A stretch of 32,469 nt of DNA, taken from positions 36,473,504 through 36,505,972 of the forward strand of contig NC_068995.1 of the NCBI RefSeq assembly GCF_001194135.2, given 5' to 3'. Shown here one piece after another: positions 1-11,019 of this stretch (the stretch's first letter is position 1; every line of letters starts with the position of its first letter). This DNA is from Octopus bimaculoides. Taxonomy: Eukaryota. The position numbers were made by a program, and so were the translations under genes. The notes under the pieces are model-generated. The model was not told the origin of the DNA. It ran no database searches and saw only the letters and a program-made list of their open reading frames with translations.

Positions 1-326
1 TCTCGGGGATATTCAGCGTGATACAGTGTGACAAGGCTGACCCTTTGAATTACAGGCACAACAGAAACAGGAAGTAAGAGTGACAGAAAGTTGTGGTGAA
101 AGAGTACAGCAGGGTTTGCCGCCACCATCCCCTGCTGGAGCCTCGTGGAGCTTTAGGTGTTTTCGCTCAATAAACACTCACAATGCCTGGTCTGGGAATC
201 GAAACCGCGATCCTATGANNNNNNNNNNGCTCAATAAACACTCACAATGCCTGGTCTGGGAATCGAAACCGCGATCCTATGACCGCGAGTCCGCTGCCCT
301 AACAACTGGGCCATTGCGCTTCCACA
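1..326 (-). mobile_element. tRNA-derived SINE
   Basis: The minus strand begins GGAAGCGCAATGGCCCAGTTGTTAG (A-box-like), followed by GGTTTCGATTCC (B-box-like). Confidence 0.75.
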
Positions 327-874
327 AGTGCAAATCAGTATTTAGGCATAAATGAACTTTAGGTTACTTCTGTTACAATAAAAGCAAAATTATGTCTGTC
401 TGGGACCCCTGTATCTCAGTCTACAATTACTTTACATAGACATATTATACGTTTTTGGAATGAGGATGATCCTAGGATTGAAAATCTGCCCTTCATTTGG
501 TTCTTGAACATCCAGCATTGAAATCTGATTTAAAAGCATTTGGGCTGCTATTCCTAGCAGGTAAAGCCACCTTGGTTGGTATTTGTCTAATGACGTAGAG
601 ATCAAAGGGGTGATAAATGACATTCGCTTCATTGATTTTACATTGAGATAAGAACTTTGAGACAAATTGGCCAACAGCTGGAATTGAACTTGGGACTGGA
701 ACAATAGAATGATTGTATTACAGAATTAATTCTTATCCTTCCTAACCTCTGATCAAACACCAACGGGGCATATAGTCCTTATAGACATATTATAGTCATG
801 CTATTTAGCTCTCTTTAGTTTTGGGCCACAGGCCCAATTAACCCTCCACAGGAGCTAGCATAAAAGTCTGCACA

Positions 875-921
<47 letters not shown>

Positions 922-1039
922 TGTTTGTCTCACCTACCACTTTACTGTCAGTGTTGGTTAGCTATTCAATGAAGGAGACTGATAGAATAAGTACCAGACT
1001 TTTAAAAAATGAATACTGGGTCAATCAGTTTGGCTAAAC

Positions 1040-1362
1040 CAGGGGGGTTCTCAATCATTTTTTATTTATGAACCCCTTTGATTACTATTTTATTCTGGTG
1101 GACTCTCATAATTATTTGATGTCTAAAAAAACTAGTTTTAAAGAAATTCCTTTCAAAATCCCTNNNNNNNNNNNNNAGGTTGAACCATGTAAAATGTTAG
1201 AGAAAGAAACCGAACTGTTTCTTGCCATACATCTAAAGCAAATTTTTTTCTAGGGCCCTTAAAGCACTACTGTGGATCTCTAATTTATTCTTTTGTTGCA
1301 TGGACCCCCAAAATTTCATATGCTCTCTCAGGGGCCATATGGACCCCAGTTGAGAACCACTG
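1040..1362. mobile_element. hAT-type MITE inserted in a SINE 3' half
   Basis: Ends CAGGGGGGTTCTCAA / TTGAGAACCACTG; flanks ggctaaac / agctaaaa; the SINE sequence resumes on both sides. Confidence 0.7.
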
Positions 1363-2312
1363 AGCTAAAAACCTTCAAGGTGGTGCCCAAGCATGGCCAC
1401 AATCTAATGACTAAAACCAGTAAAAGATAAATGATATCGTTCTCTCTGTCTCTCTTTTTTTCTCCCCCCCCCCACTCTCATCTCTTGCTGTCTTCTATCT
1501 TTTACTTGCTTACATTATGTAATTTTATATGAAAAAAGGAAACATTTAATGGCCACTATTTGATAAAGTTAAGTTAATAGCTTAATGTAGGACAGTTGAC
1601 ATCACTGGATTCTTCTTACAGCTAAACATACTATTGTATCAAATAAGGCTAATCATATTTCTGCTTTACTTCTCTATTTTTATAATTGTTTCCTACTTCA
1701 CAAGTCACAGCTTGTTTTCCTGGTTTAAAGTCAGTTGCTTTGTTCAAATATTTCATTCTCCCAAATTGTCTCTTGTTGTTGAGATGGCTACTTTACAAAA
1801 ACTGTTTGTACATATATTTATATTTACAACAAAGTTTTCTTGCATTAAGAGCTCTGTCCTTAATCCTTTAACTGCAAATTTAAATCTTATGGTTATTCCA
1901 GTAACAATGTTAAATATCTACCAAACAAAAAAAAATAGAATTGGTAGTTTCTGCAAGTTGTATTACCTCAATAAACTTGACATGTCTCAACAAAAAATAA
2001 TTTCAAACCAGACATTCCCCAACAAAAATAAATTGGTATATAAAGCTGTTGTTTGTAATTAAGGGTAATGATATTTTGAGTGGATCAATAAGTCTGATTT
2101 CCATTGTAAAAGGGTTAATTTAGCCAATTCAGGGTTGCTTATAGTGCTAGCTGGGTTTACATCTTGCTATCCCTAATTCATCTTGATCAGAACTGTGGCA
2201 TGTAATACTAAAATTGGCTGGGTTTCCATGGCGGTACATTGCATGATATATAAATCTGCCAAATTACTGTTTCTATGGTGTGTTTCTATTAGTAGTTCTT
2301 TTTTTAAATTCT

Positions 2313-2344
<32 letters not shown>

Positions 2345-2525
2345 TAAAGCACTGGTGCTGGTGCCATGTAAAAAACATCCAGTACACTCTGTAAAATGGT
2401 TGATGTTAGGAAGGGTATCAAGCGATAGAAACCATACCAAAACAGACAATAGAGATTGGTGCAGTCCTCTGGCTTGCCAGCTCCTGTCAAACTATCCAAC
2501 CATGAAATGATGATGACAACGATGA
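2345..2525 (+). mobile_element. Diverged RTE-tail fragment
   Basis: GGTGCTGGTGCCATGTAAAA...TTAGGAAGGGTATC...(GAT)n. Confidence 0.6.
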
Positions 2526-2610
2526 TGATGATGATGAGGAGGAGGAGGAGGAGGAGGATGATGATGATGATGAGGATGATGATGATGTGTGTGTGTGAGT
2601 GTGTGTGTTT
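2505..2610. repeat. Compound (GAT)n(GAG)n(GT)n microsatellite
   Basis: Read directly; it explains supplied ORFs 2173..2643 and 2456..2647. Confidence 0.9.
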
Positions 2611-2869
2611 GTGCTGTGTTTGCCCCCCACCGCTATTTGACAAATGATGTCATAAATTAGAGATTTGGTAAATAAGTACCAAATTTACAAATAAGTACTG
2701 GAGGTGGTGAGGGGTGATTTGTTTGGTTAAACCCTTCAAGGCAGTGCCCCAGCAAAGTCACAATCTAATGCCTGAAACAAGTAACAAATAAACGATAATC
2801 TTTCATTACAAACAGCCAATAATAATAAATAACAAAGAGACAAAAAAGTTGACATTTCACCTAATTCTA

Positions 2870-3480
2870 CTCCCTGTTTGTACTCAAATACTAATGACAT
2901 ACTTTAGAAAAAGACTTAAAGCCCTGAGTCTATAGCGGGGATATTCAGCAATCGCTCCAGGTCTTGATTTGCTAGAATATTGACCCACATGATCAGCAAA
3001 ATCTGATTAACATATGACTTCACCTTGAATAAGCTTCAGTAACGATCTCTTCTTTGGTACATTTCCTTCTGAGCCTATCAACTAGTATAAAGGTCAATGC
3101 ACTGTGACTATTAGAGAGAGAGAGAGAGAGAAAGAAAGAGCTTTGGGACACAGCAGAGAGAGTACTGATAGACACTGTAGGAGTTCATGGACAACAACAG
3201 AGTTGGTGGACAGCAGTTGACAACACAAAGGCAATGAACAGTCAGAGGATGAATGACATAAGATGTTGGTAGCCAGCAAGCAACAAACAACCCTTTATCT
3301 ACTGTAACCACTACACCAACAACAAAGTGTCTCTCAACATTTTGTTGTTCATAGTAACAACAACATTCCTTTGTTTGTTTCTTTTTTTGTGTATGCAAAG
3401 AATAAAAGTCGGTTTATAAAAAATCTCAACAGACTCCAGTGTCTGGATTTACTTTGATGTCTTCATTGATCTAATTTCTT
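2870..3480 (+). mobile_element. Possible solo LTR
   Basis: GCCTATCA (CCAAT-like), then TATAAAGG at 3086, (AG)n, AATAAAAG at 3401 and CTCAACA at about 3431. I could not define a clean TG..CA plus TSD pair. Confidence 0.25.
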
Positions 3481-3802
3481 AATTAAAAGTTAGATGGCTT
3501 TTGCTTTTTTCTTTATACCACATTGTATTTTGAAATGTCAAACCTTTTAAACCCATTAAATAAATTCTTTTTATCCTTTTATTTGTTTCAGTCACCAGAC
3601 TATGGCCATGCTGGGGCACCACACTTAAGGGCTTTGGTTGAACAAATTAGCCCTATACATACGTATGTTTTTCTAAGCCTGATGCTTATTCTATCAAACT
3701 CGTTTTTGCCAAAACACTTATTGGGATATATACAAACCAAGACTGATTGTTAAGTGGTGGTGGTGGTAGTGAAAATGGGGGGAAAATGCAAACATAGTGA
3801 TG

Positions 3803-5085
3803 CATACGAGCCATGTATTGTAGTGTTCTTAGTAAGGTGAGAGTCAGCCATGAATACAGTGATGAATTCAGCATACAGGTAGGGGTTCACCAGGGCTCAG
3901 TTCTCAGTCTACTCTTATTCATTATAGTCCTCCGAGCCATAACAGAGGAATTCAAAACTGGGTACCCGTGGGAACTGCTATAAGCTAATGACCTACCACT
4001 TATTGCAAAATCTTTAGCAGAATTGGAGAAGAAATTCCAGGTGTGGAAACAAAACCTGGAATCAAAGGGCCTTAAAGCTAACCTAGCAAAAACCAAAGTT
4101 GTTGTTAATAAGAAAGAAAATAAAACTCTATTTCCATAGTTTCTGTTACTTAGGTGACCAAATTAGCAATGGTGGAGGATGCTCTGAAAGTATTGTTTCT
4201 AGAATAAGAATTGGGTGGAGAAAGTTCAGAGAGTTATTACCTTTGTTAGCAACAAGAAGACTCTCTCTCTCAGAATGAAAAATAAACTATATGATGTGTG
4301 TGTGCAAATAGCTACACTCCATGATAGTGAGACATGGGCTCTGAATGCAGAAGACATGTGTAGACTGGAGAGAAATGAAAGTAGTATGATCTGTTGGATG
4401 TTGAACATCAGTGCGCATGTACAATGAAGTGCAAATGTATTGAAAGAAAAGCTGGGCATAAGAGGAATGAAATGTAGCATGCATGAGAGAAGACTACATT
4501 GGTTTGGACATGTGATGCATATGAATGATGACAGCTGCATAAAGAGGTGCCAATCACTGAAATTGGATGGTACCCATGGAAGAGGAAGGTCCAGGAAGAT
4601 GTGGGATGAAGTGGTAAGGACTGATCTCAGGATGTTGGGCCTCATGGAAGAAATGACAAAGGACTGAGATGTCTGGGGATATAAAGTTCTAGAGAAGATC
4701 TGCCCATGTCAACAAAACTGAGTTCTAGAAGTGCTGTGTGTCCCACCCACACTTAACAAGGAAAGTTCTCACACACTCTACCAAAACAAACCAAACTACA
4801 TCCTTACATCTTTTCTCTTCCTCCAATGCCCCCTCCCCTCTCAAAAGAGATTTTTCTTGCCTTGAAAGTACTTGGTGACCTTGTCAGAGCAGGTGCCACT
4901 TAAAATCAGCCACTCCACACTGTTAAAGTGGTTGGCTTTTGGAAGGGCATCCAGCCATAAAAATCCTGCCAAAACAGTTACAGAAGTCTGGTGCAGGCTT
5001 CTGCCTGGCTGGCTCTTGTCAAACCATCCCACCCATGCCAGCATGGAATGCAGATGTTGAACAATGATGATGATGATGATGATGA

Positions 5086-5088
<3 letters not shown>
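3803..5088 (+). mobile_element. 5'-truncated RTE-clade LINE (RT C-terminal half, 3' UTR, (GAT)n tail)
   Basis: VGVHQGSVLSLLLFIIVL, PWELL*ANDL (degenerate YADD), GLKANLAKTK, LHDSETW, RRLHWFGHV, GRGRSRKMW; ends ...GCAGATGTTGAACAATGATGATG. Confidence 0.9.
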
Positions 5089-5124
<36 letters not shown>

Positions 5125-5175
5125 TATATATAACAATTAAAAGGGTAAAGGATTATCAATTTATTAATTTATTAA

Positions 5176-5968
5176 NNNNNNNNNNNNNNNNNNNNNNNNN
5201 NNNNNNNNNNNNNNNNNNNNNNNNNNNNNNNNNNNNNNNNNNNNNNNNNNNNNNNNNNNNNNNNNNNNNNNNNNNNNNNNNNNNNNNNNNNNNNNNNNNN
5301 NNNNNNNNNNNNNNNNNNNNNNNNNNNNNNNNNNNNNNNNNNNNNNNNNNNNNNNNNNNNNNNNNNNNNNNNNNNNNNNNNNNNNNNNNNNNNNNNNNNN
5401 NNNNNNNNNNNNNNNNNNNNNNNNNNNNNNNNNNNNNNNNNNNNNNNNNNNNNNNNNNNNNNNNNNNNNNNNNNNNNNNNNNNNNNNNNNNNNNNNNNNN
5501 NNNNNNNNNNNNNNNNNNNNNNNNNNNNNNNNNNNNNNNNNNNNNNNNNNNNNNNNNNNNNNNNNNNNNNNNNNNNNNNNNNNNNNNNNNNNNNNNNNNN
5601 NNNNNNNNNNNNNNNNNNNNNNNNNNNNNNNNNNNNNNNNNNNNNNNNNNNNNNNNNNNNNNNNNNNNNNNNNNNNNNNNNNNNNNNNNNNNNNNNNNNN
5701 NNNNNNNNNNNNNNNNNNNNNNNNNNNNNNNNNNNNNNNNNNNNNNNNNNNNNNNNNNNNNNNNNNNNNNNNNNNNNNNNNNNNNNNNNNNNNNNNNNNN
5801 NNNNNNNNNNNNNNNNNNNNNNNNNNNNNNNNNNNNNNNNNNNNNNNNNNNNNNNNNNNNNNNNNNNNNNNNNNNNNNNNNNNNNNNNNNNNNNNNNNNN
5901 NNNNNNNNNNNNNNNNNNNNNNNNNNNNNNNNNNNNNNNNNNNNNNNNNNNNNNNNNNNNNNNNNNNN
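5176..5968. other. Assembly gap (others at 219-228, 1164-1176, 31019-31333)
   Basis: N runs; ORFs crossing them are artefacts. Confidence 1.
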
Positions 5969-6122
5969 CGACAGGCTTCTTTCAGTTTCCGTCTACCAAA
6001 TCCACTCACAAGGCATTGGTCGGCCCGAGGCTATAGTAGAAGGCACTTGCCCAAGATGCCACGCAGTGGGACTGAACCCGGGACCATGTGGTTTGTAAGC
6101 AAGCTACTTACCACACAGCCAC
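5969..6122 (-). mobile_element. tRNA-derived SINE, 5' half
   Basis: Reverse complement matches the head of the 16809 SINE (GTGGCTGTGTGGTAAG...GGTTCAGTCCC). Confidence 0.8.
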
Positions 6123-6326
6123 AATTTAAATATAGGATAAAATCTTTATGAGAATTTATCAAGTAGTTAGCATGAAAAAACCTCATAAGTGAAAAATTTA
6201 TTAATTATTCCCTATAAATATATTTATTTATATTAAGGGCATTACTATACATAAATGCCTCACGCTAGGAGGGACTCTAATTTCAGGGTCTTCATTCCAT
6301 GAAGAAAACCAGACCATTTGCTAAAG

Positions 6327-7472
6327 CAGTGGTTTCAACCAGAGTCTATATGACCTTTGGAGGTCCATGTAAGATTTTGGTGCTAAAATTTACAAGATGG
6401 TATCAAAAGGCTCCAGAACTAAGTTATGTTTAATAAAAAATAACTTATTCACCTAAGTTTGAACATCATCTTTGAAATAGTCACCTTGCACACTTTCGGA
6501 ATCCAGCCTAGAAGTCATTTTCCATAAGCAAGTCAAGAGCCTTCTGTGATTCGCTATGGATCTTGACAACAGTGTTAAAACGATGACTTTTGAGTTGCAT
6601 TTTCATCTTGGGAAAGAAATGGAAGTCTGCAAGTTCTAAATCTGATGAATAGGGTGAGTGCAGAAGCAATATTATGTTGGTTTTGGTGAGACACTCATGA
6701 TGAGGCAAGCTCGGTGACTGGGTGCATTGTCATTGTGAAGAATCCAATTCTTCGTACCCCACAGATGCTTTCACCAAATGTCCTCCCTCAAACACTTCAA
6801 AACATCACAGTAGAATTCTTGAATGATGAGATTTGGCCCTGGGGGGGCGAATTCTCAATGCACAATACCATATTTCCAAAGGTGACACTAGTGGCAGGTC
6901 TTCCCAGTTGCTCATCATCTTCCAGAGACGACCTTCCACTTTTGAAGCACCTATGCCACTCAAAACATTGCATATGACCTATTACCTCATTGCCATAAGC
7001 TTCCTGAAGCACACTGAATGTCTCTGTGGTAGACTTCCTGAGTTTAACACAAAATTTCATGGCTCTTTGTTCTTGTCCATGACAAAATTGCCCACTAAAG
7101 CTCACACCTGATCACAAAAACACAAATTTCACAACTTGTGAAGCAAACACAACAATGTCACTTGGCACCACTGCCTCATGAAGGTCATTGCTAGCTTTCA
7201 CTGCACACACAACCATGTGCTGCCATCTGTTGGTACACTACAGAACTAGTCTGGGAACCTTTTGATACCACCTCGTACATACAATAAATTAGTTTTACTT
7301 CTACAGCATACGAAATATTTTGACAAATTTTTATACAATTCCAAATAATATTTAGTTATAAAACTATAAAAATATAATAGGATTTTTTAAGCATCAAATG
7401 GTTATGAGGGTCTATTTGAGAAACAATAGGAATCAAAGGGATCCGTAAGTGAAAAATGGCTGAGAAACACTG
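6327..7472. mobile_element. hAT-type MITE hosting the nested mariner
   Basis: Ends CAGTGGTTTCAACC / GGCTGAGAAACACTG; 8-bp flanks tgctaaag / tgcaaaat (6/8 identical). Confidence 0.65.
6391..7277 (-). mobile_element. Internally deleted mariner (irritans-like TIR)
   Basis: About 30-bp TIRs TACAAGATGGTATCAAAAGGCTCCAGAACT / AGTCTGGGAACCTTTTGATACCACCTCGTA. Encodes EQRAMKFCVKLRKSTTETFSVLQEAYG...FEWHRCFKSGRSSLEDDEQLGRPATS and HSPYSSDLELADFHFFPKMK. Confidence 0.9.
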
Positions 7473-7904
7473 TGCAAAATGGACATGTTCATTGAGGGTA
7501 ATCAACATATTTACTTGAATCATTACAAGAATGTTATGGAGTGGAGACAGCAACATGCACAAACACAGACGAATTACTTTAGCTGTGAACATTTTTGTTT
7601 TAGTTTTAGTTTTTGGCACGTTGACAAGTTTAACTTATGATCAAAGCCAGAAACTTGACAATTGCTGGAAAGTTTGAATAAGACTTAATAGAAAGCTTTT
7701 AAATGATCTTTATTAAATCCAATGGAATTGCACTTTGTACATAATTGGGGTAATAAATTATATGATAAACAGGGTAATTGTGCATTCCGTACCCCATTTC
7801 TTAATCTAATATATTCCATTTTTGACTCAAATATTATTGCATAAGGTTAAATTGAATACACACACACACACACACACACACATACATATAGATAGATAGA
7901 TAGA

Positions 7905-8070
7905 TACATTTCTTTTATTAGCCACACAGGGCTCAACGAAGATGGGACAAATAGAGCTTTTCTTTTTGGGAGGGGGAAGGAAAAAAAAAAACAGGGGGTG
8001 TGCCGATCAAAAGGGATCGTAGGAAGGGGAAAAGGGGGGAGTTCAATCAAAAGGGATCGAGAGAGAAAAA
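7905..8070 (-). mobile_element. Probable non-LTR retroposon 3' end with microsatellite tail
   Basis: The minus strand ends CCCTGTGTGGCTAATAAAAGAAATG followed by (TATC)n; the quasi-palindrome GATCAAAAGGGATC occurs twice (one variant). Confidence 0.35.
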
Positions 8071-8117
8071 AAAAGGAGGAGGAGGAGGAGAACCACCACC
8101 ACGACAGACAGACAGAC

Positions 8118-8153
<36 letters not shown>

Positions 8154-8364
8154 TTAGGGGATATGTTAACCTCATAAAGGGATGGTTGCATCCAAGGGAA
8201 TACTGGTTCAATACCTAGTATTATTGGGGAATGAAATTCCCTTAAAACAATAAGGTACATATTAAGCATATAGTTCATATTCAGTATTTTGAAGAAAAGA
8301 AAATAGAGAGAGATGAAAGTTAATGATTATTTGATATTAACAAATCAGTAAACATTACTTCTTA

Positions 8365-8545
8365 CAGCTGTTACCATTAATACTCAATAAATAAATTACA
8401 AATTTGTGCATTAAATTTGCATTAATATGCTATGAGTATAATTTCATCAGAGAAAAGATATACCTTAAGATGTTACATGCTGACCTATCAGTTCATATCA
8501 GCACAAATTTGCAATTAAATTATTGAGTATTAATAGAAACGGCTG
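8365..8545. mobile_element. TA-flanked MITE (Tc1/mariner superfamily type) with about 45-bp TIRs
   Basis: TA|CAGCTGTTACCATTAATACTCAATAAATAAATTACAAATTTGTG ... CACAAATTTGCAATTAAATTATTGAGTATTAATAGAAACGGCTG|TA. Confidence 0.75.
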
Positions 8546-8646
8546 TAAGATATAAAGATTACCAATTTGTTAATAATAACTAATTATTAACTTTCAACTC
8601 TCCATTTTCTTTTCTTCATTTAACTAGATATGAACTATATACTTTA

Positions 8647-8685
<39 letters not shown>

Positions 8686-8860
8686 TTTAGCAAAATATAA
8701 ATCTGGAAAAGAAGCACATTCCAAGAAGTAGAACAGTCTATATTAAATTATAAAGAGGCCATAGGCCAAGAGGTCTTAGGGTCTAAAGATATGTCATAAA
8801 GGTACCCTTTATGGCAAGAAACCCAGGGTAACCCTATAAACTGGCCTTCACCAGTAATTA

Positions 8861-8912
8861 ACACACACACACACACACACACATACACACGCATATATAT
8901 ATATATATAGAT

Positions 8913-8959
<47 letters not shown>

Positions 8960-8985
8960 CATACATACATACATACATACATACA

Positions 8986-9020
<35 letters not shown>
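8861..9020. repeat. Compound microsatellite (AC)n(AT)n(AGAT)n(ACAT)n
   Basis: Read directly; it explains the spurious low-complexity ORFs at 8748-9256. Confidence 0.95.
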
Positions 9021-9041
9021 GCATATAACACTGCCGGATCA

Positions 9042-9463
9042 TTGCAACATATCGACAGCATCAGCAAAGATGTTACGACAGCATTCCTTGGTCCAGAACC
9101 TATCAGGAGTGTGAATACAGCCACATCCCAAGCTTGTAAATATATTGGATTGGCCAGTACATCTCTCGAACATCGCTTCCGCAGCCACCAGTCATCCTTA
9201 AGAGTCCCAGATAGATGGTTTGTCACATCCCTGGCCCACCATGTGTAGCACCTCAAAGATCAAGGGACCCTATGTGATATCAGGTGGAAAATAATTGATC
9301 ATCCAGGCCCATATATTAATAGGAGTGGCCATTGCACTGCATCACAGAGAGAACCAAAATTCATAAGGACTATACTAAACCTTGCCGTAAAGAGATTTTC
9401 TCTAAATGTGTCCACATCAAGTGCTACCTACTGGAAAAATGGATCTCCTCATTTGCTGGTTAG
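9042..9463 (+). mobile_element. Penelope-like element, GIY-YIG endonuclease remnant (ORF 3' end)
   Basis: KYIGLASTSLEHRFRSHQSSLR...TSLAHHV*HLKDQG...IRWKIIDHPGPYIN...HC, then after a frameshift EIFSKCVHIKCYLL. This follows the PLE pattern YIG.T...FK.R...H.SSF...T.LS.HIW.LKD....IKW.II....Y...C.LC..E...EL.SKCRH. Confidence 0.85.
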
Positions 9464-9615
9464 GCTTTTTCCAGTTTGTAAGGGTTGTTTTAACCTCCAG
9501 TCCAGGAGAGACAGTCTGTCCTCATTAATGTTTTTATATGCCTGGCCTTAATTCTCGATGCCTGAGCGTTTCCTCACAGCCGCATGGTAGAAAGTTTAAA
9601 TTTTTTTGTCTTTGT

Positions 9616-9680
9616 ATAGAGTCTGAAGAGCTGTCCACAAGCCTCTGGCTTTGTGGATATGAAACCTTTGGTAACTCTAT
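9616..9680 (+). ncRNA. Type I hammerhead ribozyme motif (PLE-associated, possibly degenerate)
   Basis: Stem I ATAGAGT(9616-22)/ACTCTAT(9674-80); core CTGAAGA(9623-29); stem II TGTCCACAA(9632-40)/TTGTGGATA(9651-59) capped by GCC-tct-GGC; GAAA(9661-64); short stem III ACC-ttt-GGT; triplet GUA(9671-73). G10.1 pairs with U and is followed by a C bulge. Confidence 0.8.
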
Positions 9681-9716
9681 GACCAGAGTTTAAATTTTTG
9701 TTTTGATATATATATA

Positions 9717-10980
9717 TCAGGTTGAGTAAGCAATGTTTTGAACCATGAAGAATTTGTAGCGCATTTTTGATGAGTTTTGAATTTTATTTAAACATTTTAT
9801 TGCAATTGTCTGATAATACAGACATAGACTTGCCCAAATGTATCAATAAATTAACACTGATATTTTTTCCACTGTTGTTACAATCATCTGAAATAGAACT
9901 GTCAAAGTGCGATATTTGAGCAATCTTGCTATTCAACTTCAAAAATGGACATAAAGCAGCTGAAACTGCTCACAATATCCATAAAACATTTGGTGAAGAA
10001 ATGACCAGTGAGTGGCCAGCTTGAAAATGGTTTAAACGATTTTGCAGTGGAAACCTAAGCCTTGAAGATCATGAGCATAGTGGACGCTCATCTGTCATCG
10101 ATGACAGTCAATTAAAGACTGTCAGTGTGAAAGATCCTTGTAAAACCACTCGAGAACTGGCAAAAAAAACTTCAAATTCACCAGAAAACTGCCTGCAACC
10201 AGTTGCATACGATCGGAAAGTCAAAAAAGCTCGACAAACAGGTACCACATGATTTGAATGAAAATCCGAAAATGCACAGATATGAAATTTGCTCATCACT
10301 TCCGTAATCAAACCAAACCATTTCTCGACTACATTGTAACTTGCAATGAAAAGTAGGTTCTGTACAATAATAAAAAAACGTTTGAAGTGATTGGACCAAA
10401 ATGAAGCACCAAAAACCTTCTCTAAACCCAAGCTCTTCAAAAAGAAGGTTATGGTGACTGTTTGGTGGTGTACTGCTGGACTCGTCCACTGTAACTTCTT
10501 AAAACCCATAAGAACCATTGCTGCAGAAACATATTGCCATGAAATTGCCAAAATGAAAGAAAAACTTACTCCTCTGTCCCAGACTGGTCAACAGAAGAGG
10601 GCCAATCATTCTTCATGACAATGCTTGACCACATGTTTCACTGATGATGCTCCAGAAGTTGAGAGAACTTGGCTACAAAGTTCTTCCCCACCCAGCTTAT
10701 TCCCCAGACCTTTCTCCTACCAACTACCACTTTTTTAAGCACTTTGATGGTTTCCTGAGAGAGGAGTTCAAAAATCAAACCAATGCTGAAAGTGTGTTGA
10801 ATGAGTTCATCAGTTCCAGATCCCCAGATTTTTATGATACTGGAATAAACAAACTTGTGACTCATTGGCAAAATTGAGTTGATTGTAATGATACTTTGAT
10901 GAATAAAATTTCTGCATTGTTGAAATATATTATGATGAATTTCAGGTTTCAAAACGTTGCTTACTTTTTACTCAGCCTGA
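9717..10980 (+). mobile_element. Near full-length mariner (Hsmar1/cecropia-like), inactivated transposase
   Basis: TIRs TCAGGTTGAGTA-AGCAATGTTTTGAACC / GGTTTCAAAACGTTGCTTACTTTTTACTCAGCCTGA; left end in a TA run; 1.26 kb. Translation includes KWFKRFCSGNLSLED..HSGRS, KKVMVTVWW, HDNA, HPAYSPDLSPTNYHFFKH and INKLVTHW, with stops and frameshifts. Confidence 0.93.
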
Positions 10981-11019
10981 ACTAACATTCAAAATAATTT
11001 TTCTATCGTCTTGGCCCAA

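Noticed and set aside
165-282. 54-bp exact duplication in the first SINE
   Set aside because: The copies sit on either side of a 10-N gap (219-228), a typical unmerged contig overlap.
440-521. Plus-strand possible terminal exon HIIRFWNEDDPRIENLPFIWFLNIQH*
   Set aside because: It is short, overlaps the better minus-strand candidate, and has no identifiable family.
1634-2062. 142-aa plus-strand ORF
   Set aside because: Non-ATG start, low-complexity F/I/L/K composition, no recognisable motif.
5064-6098. Long supplied ORFs (344 aa, 281 aa; also 30967..31365)
   Set aside because: They consist almost entirely of N gap plus microsatellite or SINE sequence.
7578-7664. Minus-strand 87-nt AG/GT-bounded open frame (NCQVSGFDHKLNLSTCQKLKLKQKCSQL)
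   Set aside because: It includes an AAAACT low-complexity run, has a weak donor, and shows no recognisable homology.
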